Part shown: piece by piece, positions 50,155 to 64,000 of the stretch
How the letters are laid out: the number at the start of each line of letters is the position of its first letter
Numbering within the stretch: position 1 is the first letter of the stretch
Source of the DNA: Octopus vulgaris
Lineage: Eukaryota
Direction of reading: 5' to 3'
Assembly (NCBI GenBank): GCA_951406725.2
Contig: OX597831.1
Span: forward strand, 56,234,001 to 56,298,000
DNA: 64,000 bases
Made by a program: the position numbers and the translations under genes
The notes under the pieces: model-generated
Seen by the model: only the letters and a program-made list of their open reading frames with translations
What the model was told of the DNA's origin: nothing
Database searches by the model: none

Positions 50155-51362
50155 TTAATCCATCAGAACACATAATCACTTTGTAACATGAAAATCAAAA
50201 GGAAAATTAATTTTATGTTACCTCAAGTTTTTCAGTAACACATTAGTTCTCTAAAGTGGGGTATTCCTGTATGACCCTGATGCCTAGACTTACTGACCTA
50301 ATGCCAACCTCCATCTTAACACATTCAATATATGAAACCAATCATACCCTCTAGAAATAGTTACCAAATCTTCAAATCATGCTCTTTACTATCTTAATAA
50401 TAGAGCACATTGAATAATATTGTGTGAGGAAAATTGATTAATAATCACAACTGTAAAACATTTAATCATAGTTCTGCTTGCAATGTGGGTCTGTTTGATC
50501 TCTGAGCTGATCTCAGCTTAAACATGGGGCTACTAAATCAAGGCTGAACTGGGATGGCACAACAATTCATTCAATGTTTATATCTCATCTTCTCTTGCCA
50601 TTGCAACAGTGTCTAATTTCAAATTTCTCCATTCCTGCTACAGCAAATCATTAAAATATAAAAGAAAGGCTTTTTCAATTCACTTCACCCAATTTTTGCT
50701 TCCTAGAATTATCTTTTACTTGCTTTAGTCATTGGAATGTAACCATGCTAGGGAACTAACTTGGAGGAATTCAACCCCAGGAGTTTTTGTTTTTTTTAAA
50801 GTCTGATACTTATTCTATCAGTCTCTTTTACAGAACCATTAAGTAGCAAGGATGTAAACAAAACAACACAAAGACATATACACATATATACACACATGTG
50901 CAACAGGCTTCCACTGAATTTCCATCAACCAAATTTACTCACAAAGCATTGGTTGTCCCAGAACTATAGTAGATAACACTTGCCCAAGGCGCCATGCAAG
51001 CTTCTTAACCACACAGCCGTCTTCTTGATTTCCCACACACTCCATTTAATATACAACTGTTCCAACTGAACATTTGGAACAAAAGAGAATATAGTTACGG
51101 AAGGCAGAAGTGAGTAATGTAATATGATTTTTTTTTTCTTGTTTGCTAGGTGCAGACATGGCTATGGTGCTAAGAAGCTTGCTTTCTAAGCATGTGGTCT
51201 TGGATTCAGTTCCAGTGTGCTGCACATTGGACAAATGTCTTCTATTATAGTCTTGGGCTGACCAAGGTCTTGTAAGTGGAATCAGCAGAAGGAAACTGAA
51301 AGAAGCCCGTCATGTGTGTTTATATGTGTGCATATATACACACACACACACACACACATATA

Positions 51363-51398
<36 letters not shown>

Positions 51399-52480
51399 GA
51401 TATATATATATATACATATATTATATATATAAAGAATAAAGGTCCTTCCCTAGTCATATAGACTCAAAGAGGCGACTTCCTGGTTTCCATGGCATATATA
51501 GTCCATCACAGGATTATTCACTTTCGCCAGCTGAATGGACTGGAGGAAAATGAAATGAAGTGTTTTGCTCAAGAACACAAAGCGTCACCCGGTCCAGGAA
51601 TCGAAGCCACAATCCTACAATCATGAGTCCAATGCCCTACCCACTAAACCACACATCAACATATAATATCACCTTGCTTTGAAGTAGGTAAAGGGTGTTA
51701 ACAGGAAGGGCATCCAGTTGTAGAAAATCTACCTCAATAAAATTCCATTTGACCTATACAAGCATGGAAAAGTGGACAGTTAAATGATGATGATGCTTAA
51801 TCACAAGGAGGGAGGGTATCATCCGTAATTCTTATTTGGGCCTCAGAGATTCGCAAGCAAGAATGAATGAATTCATAGACCAGAGATTTAATTCAAATGC
51901 TTGCAACAGAGTGAGCTCTACTAAGGAAACTCAAAGACCAGGAGATGGTGATTAAATCTAAAAGTAAAGGTAAGGGCTTGCAAAGAGGATGGGGAACAAC
52001 AAAAGTGAAATGAGAAGAAATTGGTAAATCAAATGCATTCAGATAGAGCAATATATAGACTGAAGCTAGAAAATTCAGAGAAGTACATGTAATATATCTA
52101 AGATAGAGTGAGAGCACTGTTTGGCTTTGGAAGTGGGCCAAAGGTTACAGCATTGGTGAATGGGGTAGGTTTACTTACAAGATGGCCTGTTTGGATGGAG
52201 TCCAGAATGTATGTGCATGATGAATGAACCATCCTAATATCTATACACAGTACTCTAGCATGGAGTGTATTCTAGTTTTGTTTTTAAAACTAGCAGCTGT
52301 TCAAGGATGAAACATTTCTCTCGTTGTTAGAGAACCCCAGTTTCATGTGATGCAACCTTAGTTACATGAAAATTATTCAGTGTTCATCACAAAAGATTAT
52401 CAGCAATTTTAGAGCTAGCAGCATTTGTTAAGGCTATATATCATTCATTAATAATGATGATTCGGTGTTGTAGGTTTGCC

Positions 52481-52892
52481 GGATCTTTTCGGTTTGAACG
52501 GCAGTTTTTAACATAATTTCTAGGTAACTAAAAAATTTTAAACTTCGTATACTGGTAGAATGTGTTTATAAAACATCTTTTTCTCTTGGCTTTATTGAGA
52601 AAATTCTATGGTTTGTAAGATATTTGTTGGTTTTTTTCTTCAATTTCTGCAATTTCAACCAATCAATGACGTCTATTGAGGTAAACAACATTCTGTGCTG
52701 TATGAATATGGCCCTCGTTTAAGAAACAGATTGGGTTTATTTACATTTGTGAAGAAAAAAAGATACCCTTCACCCCTAACCCTAACCCTAAAACAGATTG
52801 AAATGCAATAGATTGATACTAGGGTCATAATTATGGGTGACAATTTCATATGACACTGCTAGAAAAAACTCCCGTTCAAACCGAAAAGATCC
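52481..52892. mobile_element. Non-autonomous DNA transposon with GG termini and 8-bp TSD (Merlin-like)
   Basis: TIR GGATCTTTTCGGTTTGAACGG, exact TSD GGTTTGCC on both sides. Older fragments at about 19790-20006 (reverse) and 58707-58880. Confidence 0.82.
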
Positions 52893-53560
52893 GGTTTGCC
52901 TTCTATGAATTGCTTGCATGTCAGTGCTTTTGAACAAAAAGGTTCAACGATAAAAGAAAATGTGGTCATTTCTTTTACCTTTCACTTGTCTCAGTCATTG
53001 AACTGCGACCAGACTGGGACACCACTCTGAAGGGTTTAATTGAACAAACTGACCACAGGACTTATTTGTTTCAAGTTTGGTACATATTCTATCAGTCTCC
53101 TTTGGCCAAACAGCAAAGTTATGGGAATGAAAGCAAATCAATACCAGTTGTCAAGTGGTGGTGGTGGTGGAGGGAGAGATGAACACGTGCACACACACAC
53201 GCACACACAAACGCCAGGCTTCCACACAGTTTCTGTCTACCAAATTCACTCTAAGTATTGGTCAATCTGAGGCTGTAGTAGTGGGACTGAACTAAAAAAT
53301 CACATAGTAGCAAAGCAAGCTTCTTAACCACACAGCCATGTCTGCAACAAATTTTTGTATTATATATTTACATAATTTAAACCTATTACAATTTCATAAA
53401 GAAGTGTTTAAGCTCTTTAATAAGCTCTTTATATTTGCCCATATATTTTACAAGAGTAAACTATATGAGTGAGCAAGTGAATGAAAAAAGAGTTCAAAAT
53501 AGAAGCCCTGCAATTAAAATAAAGGTAACCAAAAAATTAACTTGATAAAAGGAATATTAC

Positions 53561-53612
53561 CTTTGGACAGCAGATTTGAGTAAACCTCTGGCTTCTCTTT
53601 CTTTCATGGAAT
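53561..53612 (-). CDS. KTI12: KTI12 (Elongator-associated P-loop ATPase), most 5' exon found
   Basis: ttttatAG acceptor, GTAATA donor. (D)SMKEREARGLLKSAVQ(R) matches the KTI12 'DS..EK..RG.L.S.V.R' segment. 52 nt, phases 1 and 2. Confidence 0.88.
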
Positions 53613-54987
53613 CTATAAAATAAAATAAATAAATATTAGCAAAAATATATAGTCTAGTGTTTGTATATTTGTTTATAATTATGTTTATAGAAGTGTGACA
53701 TTCCATGGTAGCAAAACATGACACTGAATCATCATCATCATCGTTGTTTAATGTTCGCTTTCCATGCTGGCATAGGTTGGATGGTTTGACTAAGGACTGA
53801 CAAGCCGGAAGGCTGTACCAGGCTCCAATCTGATCAGGCAAGGTTTCTACAGCTGGATGCCCTTCCTAACACCAACCACTCTGAAAGTGTAGTGGGTGCT
53901 TTTTACATGCCACCAGCATGAGGGCCAGTCAAGCAGCACTACCATCGATCACACTTGAATGGTGCTCTTTATGTGCTACCGGCACGGGAGCCAGTCAGGA
54001 TATATGAAGGCTAGAAAGAAATGAGACAAGCACACTGTAATAAATGCATAATTCATTATTTTTTAACGCCCTCTTTTCCATGCTTACATAGGTCAGACAG
54101 TATTAGTTGAGGCAGATTTTCTCTGGCCAGATGCCCTTCCTATCACCAACCCTCACCTGTTTCCAAGTAAAGTAATATTCCCCATGAACAGACATACTTT
54201 CACAGAAGACTGGAAACAAAGGATATGATGGTGACATTTATTTACAACTATCACATGAAGTCAAGAAAAGGAGACAGTAATACACACACACACACACACA
54301 CACACACACGTATACATATAAGAGGCTCCTTTCAGTGTCCGTCTACTAAATCCACTCACAAGATTTTGGTCAGTCTAGGGCTATAGCAGAAGACACCTAA
54401 GGTACTATGGAGTGAGACTGAACCCAAGACCATGTGATTGGGAAACAAATTTCTTACCACAGTCACACCTACACCTAAAATGTGAGAATAAAAAAATGGT
54501 GCACAAATGAAATGAGAGAGAAGCTGAGTATAAGAGGAATCAGCTGTATTGTGCAAGAGAGAAGACTGCACTGGCACAGATGTGATATCTATGAAAGTAG
54601 AGTTTTTATAAAGAAGTACCAAGAAATCCATGTGAAAGGAACCCGAAGAAGACATGGAAAGCAGTAAAAGGCTTAAACCTCATGAAAGAGATGACTGCAA
54701 CAAGTGGTGAGATTATCAGTATCATGAGTAAACATACAATAAAAGCACGTATTCTTGTATTTTACTAATTTAGACATTTTTTAACGTTTTAACCAAACAG
54801 TAACTGAAGTTATTTAAGAAAGATTAATTTTTCTGTAATTAAGTCCACTGTTTGCCTTTTTAAAAATTCTAAACTACTTGCAGCAAGCCACATGACTGAC
54901 TGTTGAAAACCAGTCAATTCACTTCCAGTGGCATGACTTGTAGAAAATTCCATGCTATAAACTAATTTTATTCTACATCAAGTTTAA

Positions 54988-55208
54988 CCCTTTAGTGTTC
55001 GCATTATTCTGACAAAATTAGTGCTTCTTCATCCACATTGTCTTGAACTAATCATGCATTATCTTGTAGCTATGAGATTTTAATGAGGTAGCTGTTAATT
55101 TTTAAAATGATATTGTAGGGTTAGTGTGAGAGACCAGATCTGGCCAGTATGAACATAAAACAGGTAGAATACTTTTGGCTGGATATGGCCGGTTTAAATG
55201 CTAAAGGG
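54988..55208 (-). mobile_element. piggyBac-type MITE
   Basis: TTAA flanks; close reverse complement of 49934-50154. Confidence 0.9.
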
Positions 55209-55800
55209 TTAAATGTTTTGAGTACATAATTATATTTAAAACGCATGTTTTTATATAGAAAATTATTTAGTTAAGCTTTCCCTAACACACTACATGTAGC
55301 ATTCCACCACACATTAAGCAATCCCACAAGCCAAATTTCCCTCAAACCACATCCTATGCCTAAAAATAGGATGCATGCATAGGAATACTGTAGTCCTAAA
55401 TACCTATGACTGAATGAACCTGGGAACATCATCTAACATCTAAATGAAGAATGAGCCAAGGTTAACTTCTAATTGGTTACTTAACCCACTGGAAATAACA
55501 CCCAAATTTTCTAATCACAACCCATTATCTTAAAAGGAAAGATACACCTAGATGCACACGGCTGATAATATGCCAGAATAGTACAGCCTGAAGTCCTTTC
55601 ATCATAGATCTCTTCAATCATTGCTGGTCAGATGATCAGAGAGCTAAACAGTCGTCATTTCCATTATCATCATCATCCTCCATTAATAACTTGTACGCAT
55701 TGAGCACAACCACAAACATTCCAACATTTTAGTGCCTTGACTTTTTCTATATCATATTTCTGATTAAACACACTACTTCTGCTTCAATTAATTTTGAAGA

Positions 55801-56668
55801 ATTTACTCTTTACTCTTTTAATTGTTTCAGTCATTTGACTGTGGCCATGCTGAGGCACTGCCTTTAATCGAGCAAATCGACCCCGGTACTTATTCTTTTG
55901 TAAGCCCAGTACTTATTCTATCGGTCTCTTTTGCCAAACTGCTAAGTAACGGGGACATAAACACACCAGCATCAGTTGTCAAGCAATGCTAGGGGGACAA
56001 ACACACATATATATATATACATATATATGACGGGCTTCTTTCAGTTTCCGTCTACCAAATCCACTCACAAGGCATTGGTCGGCCCGAGGCTACAGTAGAA
56101 GACACTTGCCCAAGGTGCCATGCAGTGGGACTGAACCCGGAACCATGTGGTTGGTAAACAAGCTACTTACCACACAGCCACTCCTGCGCCTTGACTTTTT
56201 CTATATCATATTTCTGATTAAACACACTACTTCTGTTTCAATAAATTTTGAAGAATTTACTCTTTACTCTTTTAATTGTTTCAGTCATTTTTTACTGTGG
56301 CCATGCTGGGGCACTGCCTTTAGTTGAGAAAATCGACCCCAGGATTTATTCTTTATAAGCCTAGTACTTATTCTATTGGTCTCTTTTGCCGAACCTCTAA
56401 GTTACAGGAACGTAAACACACCAGCATCGGTTGTCAAGCGATGTTGGGGGGGGGGGGGGGGTCAAATACAGACACACAAACATACACATATATATACATA
56501 TACACGACAGGCTTCTTTCAGTTTCCGTCTATCAAATCCACTCACAAGGCTTTGGTCGGCCCGAGGCCATAGTAGAAGAAAATTGCTCAAGGTGCCACGC
56601 AGTGGGACTGAACCCGGAACCATGTGGTTGGCAAGCAAACTATTTACCAAACAGCCACTCCTACGCCT
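55801..56668 (-). mobile_element. Two tandem family A SINEs (about 55801-56190 and 56256-56668)
   Basis: Each is a full reverse complement of the 14575 element. They are separated by duplicated flank. Confidence 0.88.
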
Positions 56669-57243
56669 ATTTAGTAAAAGAACTATAATTATTAAGCTGG
56701 TGTTTGGAAGATCCATAAATTAGCATGAAATCTTAATGGAAGACCTTAATTTAGATTACTTTAGAACAAGAAGTTTGTATTACAGATATAGGGCGGTCTC
56801 AGGCATGTTGATATCAAAAGGAAGATGGTTTAAACTGTCAAGCATTGCCTAAGACACCCAGAGCTGCTCATTAGCTAAGCCATCACCTGGGAACTGACAC
56901 ATAAGAGAATCAATGGTGTGCAAAACCATAGACAATACCTTGATGGAGGACATCAACAGTAGTAATACTGCTGGCCTTGAACTGGAATCAGAAGCAATTA
57001 TTATTATTGGAAAGGCAGCAAGCTAGCAGAATTGTTAGTGAAGTGATGGTAGCCAGTTCTGAGGTCGCCTAGAGGTTATCATTGAGGCCACAGGCAGGTT
57101 CATCATGTGAGATCGACAGAACATGTCATGAAGACAAACTGACCCCAAAAATATGTGTGTGTGTGTGTACACACACACACACATATATATACAAATATAC
57201 AGATACATGTGAGTGTGTGTGTATATATATATATATGTATGTA

Positions 57244-57483
57244 TGTCAAACTGTCCAACCTATGCCAGCATGGAACATGGATATTAAATGATGATGATAT
57301 GTATATATATATATATAATATATACATATATGTATAATATGTATGTGTATACACACACACCATACACATTCATCTATATACATATGTTTGTGTATGTGTG
57401 TATGTATATATATATATATATATACACATACACAAACATATGTATATAGATGAATGTGTATACACATACATATTATACATATA

Positions 57484-57524
<41 letters not shown>

Positions 57525-57582
57525 CATATCATCATCATTTAATATCCATGTTCCATGCTGGCATAGGCTGGACAGTTTGACA
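57244..57582. repeat. About 340-bp fold-back palindrome of a LINE tail plus microsatellite
   Basis: TGTCAAACTGTCCA.CCTATGCCAGCATGGAACATGGATATTAAATGATGATGATATG is mirrored at 57525-57582, with the centre in (TA)n near 57413. Confidence 0.9.
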
Positions 57583-60500
57583 GGCTGAGTCAGGCCTGAA
57601 GATTGCATTGTGTATCAATTTCTGCTTTGGCATAGTTTCTGGTGTTGGATGTCCTTTCAAATGCTAACTACTTGGGTGCTTTTTCATGTTACTAATGCTA
57701 GTGAGGTCAGAGAGGGAAGTGACTCTATGCTATGTGCCGAAGGGTTAAAGGGAGAGAGGAAGGGCCAGAACACAATATGTTTCTTGCTGTAGGGAAGCTA
57801 CACAGCTGCATATATTATAGAACAAAGTCAGGAGTGGTTGGGGTGAAACTGGAAAGAGAGAAAGATGGTGGTGATGGGTGTCATGATGGATCCTCAAGGC
57901 GAAGTGTGTAGAAGTTGAGTAGGGCATGGGAACAAACAAAATGTGTGGGTGAGTAGAGATTGAAGAGTGTATAGGAAAGTGAGAAATAGGAAATGGGTGT
58001 GAGTGAATATTATCAAGAACATGAATTGAGTGATAAGTAGATGGAGGTGGGGAAGAGTGAAGTGTAACTGACAACTGAAGAAATTAGGTAGAGTTGAGGG
58101 GGTAAGGAGGAGGAATGAGAAAAGAGAGTAGAGAATGATACTACTACTAATAATAATAATAGAGTAGACAAAGGAAGAAAGAGATGGGTGGCTAGGAGAG
58201 AGGGAAACATTTGATTAGGTAAATCATAGGGGGGAGGGGGCAGATATAGTGAATAGGGGAGGGTGATCAATGTAAAATGTGGGTGAAGACCATGTCATAA
58301 AATGACAGATAACAGTGAAATGCTAAAATGTGCAGTTCTGATAATATTTGATTACAGTATTAAAGCAATGATGGTAGTGGGAATATCTTGAAGAGGAATT
58401 CAAGAGTAAGAGAAACTTCTCTTAAACATATGTAACAACACATTTTCAGCTGTGAATGGCATCACTGGATTGTACAATGCATGTGTTTCTGTGTCTTTTT
58501 GCTTCACCAGCTACAAATTTTCTCTTAGTACTATTTCCATAGCAGCAGGCCTTCTCAAGTCCAAATGCACTTGAATTATGTTAAATAAGATTTTATATGA
58601 ACATATTCTATTCAATGTTGCTTTGTGAAGCATAATTTAATTCTAGCTTAACCAAGCTTTATGCACATCAACAAACTTATAGTGTGCTGTTTTAATAAGA
58701 ATATTTGGATCTTTTCCTTTTGAATGGCACATGTCAACACAATTTCTAGTTAACTAAACACTTTAAAACTTCGTATACTGGTAGAATGTGTCAAAATAAA
58801 ACATTTTTTTCTCTTGGCTTTCTTGAGAAAATTGCAATTTGTTTGTTTAACGTAGTTTAATTTTTCGAATTTTAACCAATGAATTGCCTCACCTGTTTCC
58901 ATGTAAGTTAATATTTTCCCATGTTCTCACAGAGTACTGGAAACAAGTGACACAGCTTGTCTAGCAATGACAATTATTTTAAAACTATCATGCAATGTCA
59001 AGACAAAGTGACATAATCAAGCACACAAACAAGTGTGATCACCATTTAACGTCCATTTTCCATGCTAGCATGGACTGCACAGTTTGACAGGAGCTGGCAA
59101 GGCCAGGAGACATACCGGGTTCCATTGTCTGTTTTGGCATGGTTTCTACTTGCTGGATGTGCTTCTTAATGCCAACCACCATCAGTGCTTTTTATATGGC
59201 ACCAGCACCAGTACTGACAGAGTCATCAGGGACCTTGCAAGACAAAACGCCTTGACTACGAATGAGGAGTAGTATTTAGTGGGTGTGGGTTTGTGCCAGT
59301 TGAGTTAAGGTATAGAGGGGGTAAATATAAGTGTCTTGCTGTGGAGTAGAAAGGAGAGTAAGATACAGAGAGTGATAGTGAGAGAGATGATGGTGGAGAT
59401 GTGTTGGAATATGCCCACAAGGGACATTGGGAGTGGTGAGAATTGGTGAAGTGATAGAGAGGCTTGGGTTGGATGAGTGAGCAGGATGAGGTAGCAAACG
59501 TTGGAGAGAAATGTAGGAGAGGTTCAGGGGTGGGGATTGCAGTAGATATGTGATGGCACTGAGGATGATAGCAGGTAAGTGGATAGTTGATGATGGAGTG
59601 CAGCACAGGGAGGAGAGAAAAGATGCAGAAAGGAAGTGATTGGTAGAGACAGTAGGTAGGGGAAGAAAGGTAACTAAGAAAGCAAGGGGTGTAGTATGTA
59701 GCTATTCTGCTCTCAGGTAATAGAGGAAGTGATGGGTGTTAGGGGAGGAAATGCGAGTTGGGGAATAGGTTGACAGGGCAGAGCCCCTCATGGACATGCA
59801 TTACCAAGGTGCTTTTAGGATATCAATTATGCTGTAGTGGGCAGGTCTCCATGAATATAGAAAGTTGCCTGGTATCTCAGTCTTTTGTGAGTATTAGTGT
59901 TTTGAGATCAGCCTTGATCCTATGTCTTCTTGGGTCTCCCTCTTCCACAAGTTCCATCCACTTTAAGTGATCAGCACTTCTTTATGTATGCAAGTATATA
60001 TATTTATGTATACACACACATATATATATATATATATTTATATTTATACATAGTCACCTTCCTTCGTTGCACTTCCCCTCTCAGCTTGTAAGCTACACTA
60101 CTCAACAACACCACTGAGCTGGTGACACATAAAAAGCACCCAGTACATTCTGTAAAGTGGTTGTCGTTAGGAAGGGCATGAAAAACAACCAATTGGAGGC
60201 TGGTACAGCTCTCCAGTTCCTGACAAACCATCCAACCCATGCCATAATGGAAAACAAACGTTAAATAATATATATATATTGTGCTGCAATTGTTTTTGTT
60301 CCAGCACACGATCTCAGATCAAGTCACTCGCTATGCAAGTACATCTCCGAAATATATATATATATATATATATATAATACCTTTTTTTTCCGCCACTTTA
60401 ATTTTCTCTGCCATTCATACTTTGTGCAATAACATTACACAGAGTACAAAACTATATATAATTATACATGTAAATTAATCATCTGAAAGTTTCCACTTCT

Positions 60501-60638
60501 TGTTTTCTCTCATTTTGTATGTATACATATGTACATATTTTGTATTTGATGTATTTAATATATTTAATATCTAATTTGTTTATCCCCATAATTGCTTATA
60601 TATATATATATATTTCAATATCTTGGGAAGGTCATAAC

Positions 60639-60874
60639 GCCAATAATAGACACACACACTGGTTCAATATCACTTCATTAATGTTAGTGAATTGGTTACT
60701 TATCTAACCAACTAATTAATCAATCATTTGTTTAATGTGTAGTTTAAACAATCAATCGGTTTTTTTTTAACCAACACATTAGACAAATGATCAATTAGTT
60801 AACCGGTTAGATATTTAACCAATTGACTAAACAATAAAGTGATATTGAACCAGTGTGTGATTATTATTGTTGGC
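60639..60874. repeat. Palindromic MITE-like element
   Basis: CACACACTGGTTCAATATCACTT / AAGTGATATTGAACCAGTGTGTG arms with further internal complementarity. Confidence 0.8.
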
Positions 60875-63800
60875 ACACAATTTCACAAGAATCTTGCAAA
60901 CCAAATACAAAAATGAAGTGTGTATATATATATATATGTATGCTTTCAGTTTCCATCTACCAAATCCACTCATAAAGCTTTGGTCAGCCCAGGACTATAA
61001 TGAGAGACACTTGATGATGCTATGCAGTTGGACTGAACCCAAAACCATGTGATTGGGAAGCAAACTTAGTTCTGGGATTGAAACCCACTGCATGAACCCA
61101 GAACCATGTTTGTTTCCTAATCACATAGTTCTGGTTTCAATCCCACTACACGGCACCTATCCCTCTCCATCCCATACACAACCAAAAGCTCATCGCTCTA
61201 AATCATCCAAGAAGTTCACTCACCATAACCTTGCTGTAGCAGTTAAAAGAGCTTGGTCAACAACATTTAGGGAAAAAATAATTTAACACACTGCTACTAA
61301 CCTGGACAACTTTTACCCAGTACAAGTCCCACAAAACTATTATGTACAATGCAAAAGACACCTCAGTACATCCACTAATTTTCCAAACTCCCAAACTACA
61401 GTTGACTCTTTAGGTCCCTTGTCAAGAAAATGTAATAATTTCACAGAATGCTCCTTCCTTTCACTTCTCTACCACAATGGTTCCAGTAAGCAGCATTCCC
61501 ACAGAGAAAGCTTTCTCATTTACTGCTTCCTTTGTATCCAACTTCATCCTGTAGACACTAGGTAAGTTCCCTATCCATTCTACCAACCTTACCCCAAGTA
61601 CCTCTAGTCAGTTCAAACCAAGATCATTTTTTGGATCAACAGCTTTCCTAAAAGATAACATCATCATGGCATGTACTGGTTGAGCTCTCTCTGACCCATA
61701 TGATATCAACTCTGGTGTGCCTTAAGTCCAGTTTTGTCCCTAAACTTTTATATATCAACAACCTACTTGCTTCTCCATCTAGCAATGCCCAGTCCTACTC
61801 AAATGAAGCCACTCTTCATTCCTCCTTAATCTTCCAAACCCAAACATTATCCAGATGCAACAGAGAAGACTTATGCAAACCTTATCTCCTCCAAAAGCAG
61901 ATACAATCACTACACATCAGGGAAAAAGTATCACCCCTGCCTTCCTTTAAACATGAATAACACACTACTAGAACCCACACATCCTCAACACCACAAAGGC
62001 CAGTCTTCTTTTCAGGATCAGAAAATACTTCAGTTCTTAATTACTTATCCTTTATAAAACTTAGATGAGACCCACAAAGGAGTATTGCTCCAAAATTGGA
62101 GATAGTGCTGCTGCTACACATGCAGACATCTTAGACTCAATCACCATCATCATTTGACATCCACTTTTCCATGTTTGCATTGGTCAGACAGAATTTGCTG
62201 AGACATATTTTCTATGGTCAGATGCAATTCCTGATGCCAATCCTTACCTGTTTCCCAGCAAGATAATATTTCTCCTTGACTAGACATAGTTTTCATTTAC
62301 AATTATCACATGATGTCAAGACAAGGATATACATACACACACATACATATATATCTACAGCAGGCTTCTTTCACTTTCCATCTACCAAATCCAAAGGCCA
62401 CTCGAGACCAATTGCATAGGGTCACTCTCCAACATACACACCAACCTCTGCCACACAGACATGCTGTCTCCTCTTTCTACCTTTTGTATGACAACTGAAG
62501 TAGACTCTGCTCCATAGAAATGGCTGATCTTATATGACTTTCATTGTGTCCACCACATCCAATCAGTAATCTCCAGAATGTCAACTCTCTTAAATTCCTT
62601 CCCTGCAGCTATTGACTTGCAACTATTCAAGAGAAGAATTACTCACATTGATCTGTGAAAGCCATAGTCAAACAAAAAAATATTTTTAAAAATCATAAGA
62701 AGCTAGAAATTATTACTTAAATCAAAGGCAAAAAAATACTCCTTCACTTTTGTAACATACTAATTAAAACTTTTAATGATCTACTTGTACAGTCATAAAA
62801 TATGTATAATTTAATCCACTTTCTCAGAATAAATTCCCTGAAATTAATGTCTTTCTATCCATTAATCTCCACACTACACCTAAGCCTCTATACTCAACAT
62901 ATTAAAACTCACCCTCAATATACGTCAGCAACTCACACACAAATTGTATTATTCTGACTGGATTCTGAGTGGTTGGATACAGTTAGGATGTCTGATATTA
63001 TTGATAAGTTCACAGCAAGAATGACAGTCACTACTGTAATTTCTCTAAATGAATTAGGGTCCCAAAATTGCATTCATTTTCTGACTACAATCACATTTAA
63101 CCATATTAAATGTTTTCTAAGTGTTTGTGTTGATGGAAAGCATACTCAAGTCACACTTGTCCTGCAACTGTAGTCTTCCAATTAATCCATTTTACAGTTC
63201 TAGTTCACCATGCCATATTTTCCAGTATACAAGTTAAATTTTTCATTGCAAAATTTACAACCAAAAACAACAGAGGTCAACCAAGACATTGGCGGACCAA
63301 AACAAAACTTCCATGCAAAATGCAACAGGATTTGGAAAGACAGTAACAATGTTTGAATGTTTATAATACATGTTTACACTATATACTACAGTGACTTGTA
63401 TGCTGGAAAATACAGTACCTCCCACACAGATTCAGGCTTCTTTCAGGAGACACAAAGAATAACACTGCATGACATAGTAAAAAGTTATATAACGCAGACA
63501 TAGTCTACCAAGTTGTGAAATGGATATTGAGTTAACACTCTGCTATATAAAAATATTTCTTACAACGAAATCATCATCAAAGTGCAAAATAAACCAGCCT
63601 GTCTTGAGTAAGGTAGACTTAACCTGATGCCCAGTTTATACCTGGTCTTGGATACCTTTAGATGAAGTCCACTCAGTTGAAAGCTTTCATGTCAAGTTTC
63701 CAGTTTCTTGATAAATTACTTCCTTCTCACCAGTCTTGGACATCCACAAGTGTCTTCCGGAAAAAAATACAGGACAGGACTTGGAATGAGATATAGAAAG

Positions 63801-64000
63801 TTGTAATTGTGGATATGCTAAGATACTTGTGTTTCATTGACATACTATTACATCATCTGTTTGTTGAGGTTGTGATTATGTAGCTAAGATGTTTGCTTTC
63901 CAACATGGTTCCAGGTACCTTGGGCAAATGTTTTCTACTACAGCCCTAAGCCAACCAAAGCCTTGAGTGGATTTGGTAAGCAGGAAACTAAAAGAAGCCT

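Noticed and set aside
54925-54940. Minus-strand ATGCCACTG (MPL) as candidate KTI12 start
   Set aside because: Reads MPLEVN* with no P-loop, so it is a chance match.

Overview
AT-rich, repeat-dense eukaryotic genomic DNA, very probably from an octopus (inferred from the tRNA-derived SINE families and (TA)n/(CA)n-laden introns). It holds two convergent, tail-to-tail genes rebuilt by hand from splice signals and protein motifs. On the + strand are the last four coding exons of HBS1L (194-7852). On the - strand are eight coding exons of KTI12 (53612 down to 13380); its first P-loop exon was not found and probably lies beyond the window. The last KTI12 intron is a textbook U12-type (minor spliceosome) intron. 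The rest is a stratified transposon landscape: SINEs, RTE-like and REL-type LINE relics, Penelope-like RT and GIY-YIG relics with minimal hammerhead-ribozyme motifs, mariner, maT (DD37D), piggyBac, hAT and Merlin-like elements, Helitrons, a 66-bp minisatellite and several long hairpins/palindromes inside the pre-mRNAs. Most entries in the supplied ORF track are spurious. No new multi-gene system is supportable. The best leads are the U12 intron, the hammerhead motifs and the templated perfect hairpin.
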